A DNA stretch of 63,169 nucleotides, the filler included, from Collodictyon triciliatum (lineage: Eukaryota), in the NCBI GenBank assembly GCA_043381765.1. It is 7 parts of 7 records of this genome, joined end to end, with 100 filler letters (N's around TTAATTAATTAA, not from the genome) between each part and the next. Parts side by side here need not be neighbours in the genome. Positions count along the whole stretch, not along the records: positions 11,079 to 22,053 come from JBHJMP010002518.1; positions 22,154 to 33,113 come from JBHJMP010002519.1; positions 33,214 to 44,170 come from JBHJMP010002520.1; 4 more parts are not named here. One strand, given 5' to 3'. The position numbers and the translations under genes are program-made. The notes beneath the pieces were generated by a model. It was not told the DNA's origin. It did no database searches and saw only the letters and a program-made list of their open reading frames with translations. Shown here in pieces: positions 17,001-34,098 of this stretch; the first letter of the stretch is position 1, and each line of letters begins with the position of its first letter.

Positions 17001-19937
17001 AATTCCTTCAGCATTCAAATCCTCCTTGATTAATCTTTCAGAATCCTTTTCCATTTCCCCAAAATTGTGCAGCTTTGCAAGGTGATTCATCTCCTTTCGG
17101 CTCATGAAAAAGAAAGAGTTAATTATATTCTCCATGAGTCCTTCTTTACCGTCATCCGGATTTGATATAAGGTCACGGAGGCTACTTTGATTGGACTTGT
17201 CCTTTATTAAAGGCAAGAAAAAAGGAATTAGATAAATGAACGGATAAACAAAATTATTGCAGATGAAATAATCGACCATTCAATATCGATGATGCGCCAC
17301 TGAGCAGACATATCATATGCAATTCTAATGCGATTATATAAAAAAAACCTGAAACAAACAATAAACCACGCAGTCCTTTGACCAGAGCTCAAAGTCTGGA
17401 GCCAGGACATCTGGAACCGAGTATTCATCCGAGTAGTTTAACCAAGTGCGAGTCACAGAGCGGCGGGCCAGAAAGAGGGCTGCAACGCGGAGTAGGTTTT
17501 CACGGACGATGGGGACGCCATGGCCAGACTTGAATGCGGCCGAGTAGAGGCCAACAAGTTCGAGATTATGCTGGACGCTATTGGCGTTGTTGTGGAAGTA
17601 GCCGAGGGCAGAAAGGGGCAAGCGGGTGGGGCCAGGGCAGACTTTGAGGCCGGAAATGACATTGAGGCGTGGAGACATTAATGGCAGGCCTTTTGTAGCA
17701 GAGCGAACCCAATCGGATGCTGTGCCACTTTGGAAGACAAGCGGTTTGTGCCCGATGCAGACAGAGATGCCACGAGATTCCTGGACAAAGACGCGCAGGC
17801 GCAGGACAATCGGCTCTGTTTGTGATGACGAGGACGAGGACGATGACTGTGATGACGATGACTGTGATGATGAGCGGCTCCGCCAGATAGTGAAGTTTGT
17901 CGACGCGACGGTCTTTGGATCGGCAGGGGCAGCGGACGGGAACGTAAATCCATCCACGAATGCCCAGTGCCGGAAAAAGAATCGGCGGAAGGGTGCCACG
18001 TTCGGCCCGGACAGGAAGTTTGCCGGTGCAAAGACTGCAACAAGCATCTCTGCACTCTGCAGCGTACTGAGTCGGAAGAGAATCTGCGCACTCGGCTGAT
18101 ACGCCGCTTTGCCGAGTCCAAGCTGCTCCATTTCCCGTCGGCATGCTGTGTACATCGCAGCCGCCCCACTCGGACCTCGCCCGCTGCTTCTGGCCCCGCG
18201 TCCTTGCGTGCCCATGCTGGCGGTTCCATTCGCATTACCAGCACTAATATCAATACCTAGACTGTTGCCGTTTCTATTCGAATTCGCACCGCCAATAGAG
18301 TTAAGATTGACATTGACACTGATGCTCCCGTTTGGATTTCCAGCGCCGCTGCCCGGCTGCACAAGTGAGCCGACGACAAGGACCGGCCGACTTTTGTCCC
18401 GGGTGTTCAGCGCTCGGCCGAGGGACTCTGGCAGGCTCTGCCGCACGCGGTCCAGACTGTCCGCTGCCAAGTCCACTGGGAATCGATGAGTTCCTGTGGC
18501 ATTCTCGGAATGCATGAGTGACTCGGCGACATCAGACACAAAGAGCGGCGTTGCTGTGGCCAGACTTGTGCCTCCGCTGATGTCCCATATAGTGTGCCGC
18601 ACGGCCCAATCATCTCCGAGGCTCTGTGCAAGAAGCTGCTCCCCTGTCTGCAGCCATACTGCTGCTCGCCGCGTCTCGTTCGCCCGTCGGCGTGTGCTTG
18701 TGGAAGTGGTTCGTGGTTGTGATTGTGACTGTGATTGTGACTGTGATTGTGATTGTGACTGTGATTGTGGTTGGGGTAGATGAGGCTGTGACTTTGGTTG
18801 CAAATGCGCTTGTTGCTGTGCTTGAATATGTGTTTGTGGCAGATGTGGCATCATTTGTGGTTGTAAATGCGCTTGTTGCGACAGTTGTGGCTGTGGCATT
18901 GAAACTCCCATGGGTGACTTTGGGACAAAGGGAAAAGGCTGTGTCGGCGGTGTTGGGAAGCAGACGGACGGGTGTGGACTGCGCTGTGTGGCCGCCGCCA
19001 GAAACTGCGCAAAGTGGGCGTGGGCTTGTGTTAGGACAGCAATTTCGCGGCCGTTCGGGAAGAGAAGACGGCTAAGGTGGTCTGTTTATCGATGTTTATT
19101 TATTAGAATATTTGTACGTTTTATATGTTCTTTGTTCAGCGGCAGAGGAAAAAAAAGAAAACAAAAAAAGAAAACAAAAAAAGAAAACAAAAAAAGAAAA
19201 CAAAAAACAAAAAAAAACAAACAAACAAACAAAAAACACAAAAAAACAAAAAGAAAAAACTATAATTTCATTATTTTTACTAACAAATCATGTCAGAATG
19301 TTATTATAAAAAATAACAGAGTGTCTGGGCCATGAAAAAGATATTACAGTTTGGATCTGGAAGGTGCGTGGGAAGCGGTGTCTGCAAGTATTGGTTATTT
19401 GCGACAAAGTGGAAGAGTTGGACTGCCTCGTTTTGGTCAAGAGGGAAGTCGCACGGGACTGCGTTGGTGCGCCACCATTGAAAAAGCGTGGTCCACTACG
19501 TTCCAAAGAAAGTTGTATTTATATAATGCAGAATATTATGAAGAGAACAGGAAACATATTTTTGTTTTATTTGTGTTCACACACACGCATGAGTCTACCT
19601 GTGCGTTCATTCCTATTGGTTGGTGAGGAGGATAAGAGGAGGAGCCCAGTGAAGCGGTAGCTTTGCTCTTAGCCTCTCTTTCTCTAAAAAAAAAAAAAAA
19701 AAAGCATGCGCACCCATTCAGCTCTTGTGTTAGAATCCTTCTTGTCTGGTGTCGTTTTTTTTTTTCTTTCAACTCGATAGGTTTGAGTTGTTTGCGTGCG
19801 AATGCGATTGGCTTTGTTCTCTTTGCTTCTTGGTTGCATGCGAGCGAATAGTGCGATGCTGAACTTATACCTCCGGGATATAACCACGAAGGACGTTGTT
19901 GCAAGCACAAAACAACCAGAAACACACAGGAAGCCAT
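14100..19937 (-). CDS. Large multi-exon protein: degenerate prokaryotic R-M/N6-adenine methyltransferase-like core plus long low-complexity regions
   Basis: Phase-compatible GT-AG exons join WTTLFQWW..NNQYLQ, LFPNGREIAV, SLGDDWAVRHTIWDISGG, LGLGKAAYQPSAQILFRL, FLSGPNVAPFRRFF, TNFTIW, LGYFHNNANSV, FLARRSVTRTWLNYSDEYSVP, DCVVYCLFQDKSNQSSLR, LSPDATEILE, YHLHCWDAGWYQLK and VYKFGFL to the ~700-aa S/H/Q-rich ORF ending at 14100. The start codon is uncertain (19937, or a later ATG near 19615). Confidence 0.72.
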
Positions 19938-20529
19938 TCGATTATACAGGCGATACCTGCACTTGTGTGTTTTTTTTTCTTTTCCTTCCACTATTTTTCT
20001 TTCCCACAGAGAAGGCAGACGGCCGTGAAACTCGAAGCAAATGGGCGAATGGAATTGAAAAATGAAGAAAAAAGAGGGAAAAAATAGGTATTGTCTCGCG
20101 CACAATCGATCGCTTTATTAGTGGGCTTTGGTCTTTCTTGCCTTCTGCCTTTTTTCTGGCAAACCACTGCCACGCCATGTGCGCCCTTCTTCTGAAGCTC
20201 TCCGGCGCACTTCAAAGCGGAAGGGCGTTTTTCTGAAGAAATTAAGCAGAAATGTTTCCTTAGTGAGGTGGTTGCCGTTAGTCGTGTCCCATATTTGGGG
20301 GTTTCTGCACTCACACTCCCATTTTTGGGACATGGTTCGTTTATAGAAATCGTAGTATGGTACCACACTACATTTAGAAAGAGACCAGAGGGTATGCTTC
20401 CGTTTATGAGCATAAATAATTCAGTCATTTATTCTATATATGGAATATAATTGGTAATGGTGTTGAATCGTAATATTATGCTAGTCTCGTAAATTATTCA
20501 ATCGAATAATATAAAAATATTTATTAAGT

Positions 20530-22053
20530 ATTTTTTTAACGGAACGTATCTTGGCTTTGTGTCTCTGGTGTTCCACAGCCAACTTCACTCTTACATCCAA
20601 AGTCTGACGAGGCAGAAAACAAAAGTATCGAAGGTCGAACAACCTACATCTGCACCACAATTCATTCATATCCAACAGCAGTGTATCTGTCTCCAGAATG
20701 GAATGCTATGCTCATCATGCTTCCTTATGCTTGTTTCAGCTAACGCGGATATGCTGTCGCTCGTTCATGTAAGCCCTCCTGCTGGCTCCATCTATTTCAT
20801 CCTAAACCCGATTTTTTTAAGCCTTGAAAAGAGTAAGGTGCATAGTTGTCTGCAGATGCAACAAAAAAAAAAAGCATGGAATTGCACCACCAGAAAGGAT
20901 TGATAGCAGGTTGGTCAGGTGGACAACTCAACCAGTTGGCTGGCTAGGTGGGTGGCAAGGGTTGAATATGAGATGAGGATATATCTAACGATGTTTTCTC
21001 GCCTATGACCTCATACCATCACAAACGTGGCGGATGCGGGTGTATTTCAGCAGGTCACTCAAGAACCTCTATCGCGCAAGACTTTCCAGCCCGAATAGAT
21101 TCGTTTCTCGTTCCTCGAGTTATGACAGCGAGATAAACCACGAGTACTTCATAAGGAAATACTATATATATATATTCTTCTGAATATTGAGAGTATTCTT
21201 TTGTCATGGGATATTTGACTATGGAACAAGATGGTACCAAGATACTTGAGTGGATGTGACGGTGGCTCCCACACAATATTTCCTGGAAACATAAGTCCGT
21301 CCTGAAACCCAAAAAGAATACCATCTGTCTTTTCGTTGTTCATTTTCCCGCCGACAGCTCGTGTGTATTCTCGCATGCATTTGTTGGCGAGTGTGGCGCC
21401 TTCGGGAGACCGCAAGATGAAAGCTGTGTCATCTGCATATTGAAGAAACAGTTGGTTGCGCACCTTGTTTTCGTTTCGGAAGTGGTTTGCAAGGCAGCCA
21501 GTCAACGAAGTTGAAGAGCAGTGGTGCAAGTGGGCAGCCTTGATACACCCCGCTCTGTCTTTGGATTGCATCCGTAGGTCCGTGTGCCGTGAGTAGCCTC
21601 GCTGTTGGATTGTCGTGCAGTTTCTTGATTAGACCGGTGAATCCAGTATAGAAGTCTCTTTTGTGTAGGATGGTTTCCAGTGCTTTGTGATTCACATAGT
21701 CGTATGCTTTCTCCAGGTCGTAGAAAATCATAGCGCGGGGTGTCCCGCTTACTTGGTATTCCACGTAATCCTTGTTTTTGACAATCCAGATGCTTGTGTC
21801 GATGTTCCTTCCGTTCATGAAACCAATCTGCTCTTTGGATATGAGTTTGTAAGCGATGGGTGATATGCGATATCTGAGTAGCATCGCAAATATCTTATAG
21901 TCGTTATTCTACAGTGATATTAATCGCCAGTCCGCAAGATTGCTCGAGTTTCCTTTCTTTGGTATCAGCCGCACCGTGGCCTCTGTAAATCCTTGCGGTA
22001 GGTCGCCACCAGACATGATTCCATTCAGAAAAGTCACTAAGGATGCCTTCACC
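20530..22053 (-). mobile_element. Decayed non-LTR retrotransposon (L1/Tx1-like) ORF2 reverse transcriptase and 3' end, cut by contig end
   Basis: RT motifs VRLIPKKG..DWRLISL*NNDYKIF, EQIGFMNGR, DLEKAYDYVNH, GVYQGCPLAPLLFN, QYADDT, KYLG; an in-frame TAG (~21910) and a frameshift (~21500); A-run at the 3' end (T-run 20531-20537). Confidence 0.9.
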
Positions 22054-22153
22054 NNNNNNNNNNNNNNNNNNNNNNNNNNNNNNNNNNNNNNNNNNNNTTA
22101 ATTAATTAANNNNNNNNNNNNNNNNNNNNNNNNNNNNNNNNNNNNNNNNNNNN
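22054..22153. other. Artificial contig spacer
   Basis: N-TTAATTAATTAA-N linker. Confidence 0.98.
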
Positions 22154-22154
22154 T

Positions 22155-22246
<92 letters not shown>

Positions 22247-22291
22247 TTCCCTCCCGCAGGCAGCACAGCACACTTATTCGGAGAGGGCTCC

Positions 22292-24734
22292 ATGGACGGC
22301 CTGGGCTCACTTTGCGAATACTCGTCCGACACAGACCTGACCGATGCAAAGACGGAGGCGAAGGCATCCAAACTCCCTCTGAAAACACCGTTATCTCCAA
22401 AGAACGAGCCCAGCCAGCGAGTGGAAAGGCATGAAAGCAGAGACGTGCCGGCCGTTCATTCGAGCCATATCGATGCTTTGGCACGTTCGCGATATGTGTC
22501 GAAGCGCGAGCGACAGCAGCTTTCGTGTGCCAAGGAGGAGGACGGTGATGAGCGGGGTGAGTCGAGTGATAAGCCTCTGATTGCGTGTGATGAAAAGAAG
22601 CACAAGATATCTCCTGCGAGTGAATGGCTAGAGTGTGCGTTTGCTGCACCTGTCGGCGAAGTGGGAAAGCGGCAGAGTTTTTACATGCCCAGACATAAAT
22701 CCCACCAATGGAAAGGACACGAAACTAGTGTAGTAGCAATCAGATGGATGGCTTCACACGGTATCTGTTATTGACACTTTTTCTTAGTGTTTTTTTTCTT
22801 AATCTCTATTTGCTCGACAGATTAATTCAAGATATACAAGTATTTTTGTATAAATCAAGCAAAAAGTCTCATTTGTCATAATCTATTATAAAAAGGAAGT
22901 AAACTAGCTTCGGCCTCGCTTGACGGGAAGATTGCAGTATGGGATGTATTCAATTCTAGAAAAATACTTTGGGAGGACAGAAACCACTCGAGTGAGTGTT
23001 TTGACACAGCGATAAACTAATATCACACCTCCTGATTCTATCTTATCAATTTTCTACCTAGCTGGAGTCAAGGATATTCAATTCGATTGGTGCCACAGAA
23101 TGATTTCGTGTGGTTTGGACAGATCTATACGCTTAGTTGATTTACAGCATGACTCTGTCAGCAAGGTTGAATACTGACTTTAACACAAATAAATATTCTT
23201 TGCAAAGTCAGAGCTACGACAAACTCATTTCAAAATAAACCAGCGGCATGTCATTTGGTTTCATTAAAAAAAAATAATGAAAAACACACGCACACAGGTC
23301 TTTACACCGAATGACCTTATTACTTGTCTGCGATTCCATCCGCGCGACACAAATGTCTTCCTTGCCGGTGGTTCAAGCACAGGGATTTCAAGCTGGGATA
23401 TGCGGTGTGGAAGGTTCGCTTGAAATTGATAGCTTCAACTTTCCAAAGATATGAATCGTTCATTTTTTTCTGTGCAATTTAGTTTCTCTTTCTTCACCTC
23501 CCTTTTATATATATATATATATAATTAAAAGAATAAACCAAAATATACTTTTTTTTTCTGGTGTATAGTCGGGCAATAGCTTAACTTGCTTTGGGATTCA
23601 CCACTGAATAGCTTTGCTCATAGTCACTTGCCTTTGCAGCGTTGTTCGGCAGTATAAAGCACCTTTTGGACAAGTGCAAGATATCGAATTTCTTCGGGAT
23701 GGCAAGGAATTTGTTTCCAGTGCTGATGTTTTGAAGAGAAATTCAATCGACAAGGGGATTATCGTTTGGGATTATGAATCCGTAATACTTTGCAGTTTGC
23801 ATAGCCTTCTTCACTCGAGTATAACCGCCTCTTCTTGTGTTGCTATAATGCTTATTTAATAATGTTCAGCTGGACACATATCGACATTTATACATTACGC
23901 ATTTAGACTGTTTGTTTGTCAAATCAAGTTTACACAGAGGCTTACACTTGCTACAGTATTCGCACAAATCCAAAGGTGAATCAGTTTGTCGCACAATCGA
24001 ATGGAAACTACATAGCCATATTTTCGGGCACCCACCCCTTTAAAATGAACAAAAACAAGGTTTTCTTTGATACATATATAGATATTGATGTAGATACACC
24101 GTGAGATAGACATATTGTTATCATTGGACTCTTTTTTTCTTCTTCTTTTTTCTTTATGCCACTTTCTATGTCCTATTCCTTGGGTATTGAGATAGCGGTA
24201 CGAAAGCCACACGGTGTCAGGATACAGAATCCAGTGCAACTTTTCAAATAGTAATCCTTTCACACAAAATGAATGAGTGTGTAGAGAAGCTTATGAAATC
24301 ATCTCAACCAAATGGCCACCATCTGCACAGAGGAGGCAAAGTTCAAAGGGATGTTAATCTCCACCAAATATTTATTATATATTTCCATATAGCTGGCGAT
24401 GTGCTGGCAACTGGTTCTTCCGACGGCAAAATGTATTTCTACGATGTCGCGAAAGGCACTGTCCTGCGCTCACTCAACGTACTATTCAAACAATGGCCTC
24501 TGAATCTTCACACGCATTGTCATCATTTACATATTAATATTAAGATATAAATGATGACACACATGTTATTCGCTTGTACATTCTCCAGGAATCGTGAAGG
24601 GAAATCCATCCCCAGGGTGATTAATCATGAATGCGTAGGTGTATGATTCCGCATGTATGGATGTTGCATTTCATCCCGAAGTCCAGTCTTTTGCCTCCTG
24701 CTCGTGGGCGGGCGACCTGACTCTTTGGACATGA
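22292..24734 (+). CDS. WDR25: WD repeat-containing protein 25, multi-exon
   Basis: MDGLGSLCEYSSD, LASASLDGKIAVWD, CLRFHPRDTNVFLAGG, SIDKGIIVWD, LSNQVYTEAYTC, FVAQSNGNYIAIFS, KRYESHTVSGYRIQCNFS, ATGSSDG, CMDVAFHP..ASCSWAG..-TGA. Confidence 0.87.
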
Positions 24735-25203
24735 CGCAGAAAACAAGGACGCGGTTCTCCTCTGCTTTCTCCTCTCTGTGTGCTCCGGGAATAAGAGGTG
24801 GAAATGAGTGGCAAAAAGTGACATAAAAAAAAAAAGAGAATGATTGGGTGAAGGCAAGCCAGACATCAAAATAGGTCATAGACATGTGAAGAGTGGCACA
24901 AAACATAAACTCTTCTGCAATAACGGCACGCGAGCAAGAGTCATACTCATCAACATAACGAAAATATAAATCTGGCATTTCTCTGGAATTGCATTCAATC
25001 ACTTTTGTTGCGAGAATTGATGAAAGAAAACATAGAGATAATGAATAGATATGCCATTTGATTGCATTCTGGCAAAGATTAAATCTCTGGACAATCTACA
25101 TCTCGTTTATCATGTGTTATTCAAATCAACCACATTTCCAAACATACATTAAAAGGAAAACAATACACCCCTTTTTTTTTTTAAAAAAAAAAAAGCTAGT
25201 AAT

Positions 25204-30937
<5,734 letters not shown>

Positions 30938-31549
30938 TCCTTGTCTGGTCTGGCGGGGATTACGGATAAGTTTTTCAATTTGGCGAAGCAAAAAAAAAAA
31001 AAAAATATTAAAAATTAAAAAAAAACCAAAGAAAATGAAGATTATATACATATATACGAAGATAAAAAGCAATAAACAAAACTTTAAAATATCGAATGTA
31101 ATTGTTTTTAAAGAACAAGGAGCAAAACACGCTTTGGCCAAGAAACGAGGAAGCAGAACTTTGACGGATCAATGCGCCGCACCAAATCTCGAACGCAAAC
31201 ATCAAATGATGGAAGAGTAAATCAATTCGATAACATCCACATCCGGAGCAACGGTGTTCCACAATAAGAAAATTCATAAACATTACTCCACAATTGGTTA
31301 AAAGGGTGCAATGCCACTCGCTGCATCTCAACCCACAGGAAAAGGAAAATAACAAAAATTACAAAAAAACAAAAAAAACAAGGAAAAAACAAAAAAAAAA
31401 CAAAAAAAAAACAAAAAAAATGCACAGCTGCAGCAAGAGGGTAAGGCAGGTGACAGCGTCGCTGCGATAGGCTCAAGAAACTGAGCTTCATACATATTGT
31501 TCATTCTCTGTTTCTTTTAAGTCCCCATCTTTTTTGTGGAGAGGTGGCG

Positions 31550-32712
31550 ATGGAAGGGTCTTTGCCGGGAGAGGACGAAAGCAGCAGCGAAGCATTCATG
31601 GATGTTTTCCAAACATACGAAAGTTGTGTCCAGGCAAGTTTTTTATTTGGCTTTTGTTGAAGCGTTAGGAATCGTTGAATCGTCAATCTCTTCTTTCAGG
31701 ATACTCCTCGTTTTCATTTTGCTTTTTTTGGTTTTGCCTTTTTTGTTTTGCCTTTGTTTTTTACGTGAAAACGTATTCTCTCGTTTTCTGGGAGTGCGTT
31801 CAATCAAGAGTCTACAGTTGATAGAAAGTCAAATATTCCATCGGTCGACTTTTAAAACACATGGTGGCAAAGAAACAGCTCTTTTTAACTAATAACACTT
31901 TCAATTCGACATTATTTTCGATTATTTTTTTTGGGAAAATCATTGAAAGAAATTGAATGTTAATCTTAAAATATGAAACTGGTTGGTAAAACACCAGTCT
32001 TACATTAACACTGCATTTTTCTAGACCCCAAAACTCGATGTTGCTTTTTTCGACATGGTCTTTCGAAAGCTGAGGCATCGCAAAGCTCTGTATCTGCGTG
32101 AGGTGACTATTTTACAAGATCAGCTTTTATTTTTTCCTTCACTATTTCCTTCATAGCTCCCATGTAAAAAAAGAAGAAAAACGAAGCTGATGATTTTTTG
32201 AAGACATGAATGCTTGTTGTGAGCATTAAATATATTAGCTTTAATTGTCGCATTTAGCGAATTAATACTTGCCACGTGAATCTTTGAATTCTTCTGTCTC
32301 AGGTTTCTATGTCTATTATTCTAATTCTATTTGAAAACCATTTGTTCCTGTGAAAGGATTTCTGTGGCACCGCTAATATAAGCAGAACATGGGTTGAGTC
32401 TGACGTTCAAAGATTAGGTCTTGGTATAGACTTGGATGGAGAGACAATAGAATGGGCGAAGAAAAAGAATGCGCAGTACGTGCTTTTTTCCAATAAGAGA
32501 TATGCATACACATACGATTATTTTTAATTGAACAGATTAAGTTGCTTATATTACAGGCTTGGATTTGAAGACCGGATAGAGCTCGTCTGTGCGAATGTAC
32601 TTGATCCCATCGAAACTGATTTCCCAAAGGCTGATATAACCTTCGCTTTCAACTACAGCGTCTGTTACATGAAATCAAGGAGCGAACTACTAAAGTACTT
32701 CGAAACTGCTAG
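31550..32712 (+). CDS. Uncharacterised class I SAM-dependent methyltransferase (EDFCGT family), 3'-truncated by contig end
   Basis: Spliced YESCVQ/TPKLDVAFF..LYLRE/DFCGTANISRTW..GLGIDLDGETIEW..IELVCANVL..ADITFAFNYSVCY..ELLKYF; divergent from BBS9. Confidence 0.8.
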
Positions 32713-33019
32713 GTGAATACTTTATCATCTGGGACTATAACAACAAGTCATTGATCAATTTATTTCCAAAGATTAGACTTGCCGGTCAATTATATCTGTA
32801 AATTGTGATAAGAATCTATTCAGTTCTATGTCGAAATCAAATCCATTTTAGAATGTTTTTGCTGTAGTTAGCGAAATTGTTAAAACTTTTGTTTCTTTTG
32901 TATCTTTTGTTTCTTTTGTTTCTTTTGTATCTTTTGTTTTTGTTTTTGTTTTTGTTTTTGTTTTTGTTTTTTTGTTTTTTTGTTTTTGTTTTTTTGTTTT
33001 TGTTTTTGTTTTTGTTTTT

Positions 33020-33113
<94 letters not shown>

Positions 33114-33213
33114 NNNNNNNNNNNNNNNNNNNNNNNNNNNNNNNNNNNNNNNNNNNNTTAATTAATTAANNNNNNNNNNNNNNNNNNNNNNNNNNNNNNN
33201 NNNNNNNNNNNNN
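33114..33213. other. Artificial contig spacer
   Basis: N-TTAATTAATTAA-N linker. Confidence 0.98.
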
Positions 33214-33915
33214 TAGTGTCGAGAATAGTTGCAACCTTCCAGAGTTGCGACTACCAAGGGCTATGACTTCAATTTGATCAGAGGCCAAATTCTCCCTGGA
33301 GCGAAAGTGCACGCGACTACCCTGCTCTCCTTTCCGATCAGATTCCTTTATATTCGTTCATTCTATTCGGCTCCAAATTCAATACCCTTGACTTATATAT
33401 GTCTAATATTTAACAGAGAACATATAACAGCCGGCAAACCAGCATAACTTCTTCAGCATAGGCATCAGCGGAACCGGCAAGAATATTGTAAATTACTTTT
33501 TGCAGACTCTGAAGAAATATACCTTTATTTTTTGAATCAGCAACTACAGTATAAGTCAAAATTTTGGAAACATAAATAATGAATTATCCATTCTAATAGT
33601 CTGAAGACATTCGTCCGTTCAACTCGACTCCTTGAAACTCAAAATCATACTTTAATCAACCAGATTCAGTTATGACACATGTTTGGGAATATCTCTACAG
33701 GTATTTTTATGGCTAAATAAACGGTAGATTCTGATACTTTGCTATCTTAGTTAATTTTTACCCTAACATTTCATAAGGCTTAAATGATATTGAATAATAT
33801 ATGAATTAAAAATAACTAAGTTGGAAAAGTCCATCCTGAGTTAATTTCAACAATATTAAAGGGGGTTTTATTGAAACGAAAAAATCTATACGTAATTAAT
33901 AAAACAATTTTCGAC

Positions 33916-34098
33916 TTTTTTTTATTAATCCATTCCATTTTGTGCAGGACGGTGGAGATGTTGGCTTTGGTTCGCTGGCCATCGTTTGCATGGACGCTAC
34001 TTGGTTGCCGGGTGGCATAGAAGTAATCGGTATTCAGGAATTACATCCTGCAGTTTGGCCTGTAGCCTGGGTCTTGTGCTTGGATAAGAAAAACCAGG
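33916..34098 (-). mobile_element. Short polyA-tailed retro-fragment, longest copy (~180 bp)
   Basis: Ends ..CCAAAGCCAACATCTCCACCGTCCTGCACAAAATGGAATGGATTAATAAAAAAA. It is flanked by an imperfect direct repeat (GAGTTGAAAAATTTGT / AAGTCGAAAATTGT) and shares its 3' end with three other loci. Confidence 0.7.

Noticed and set aside
17453-19075. Multiple overlapping and antisense ORFs over the methyltransferase-like exon
   Set aside because: They are expected from high GC content; only one frame gives coherent motifs and splice phases.
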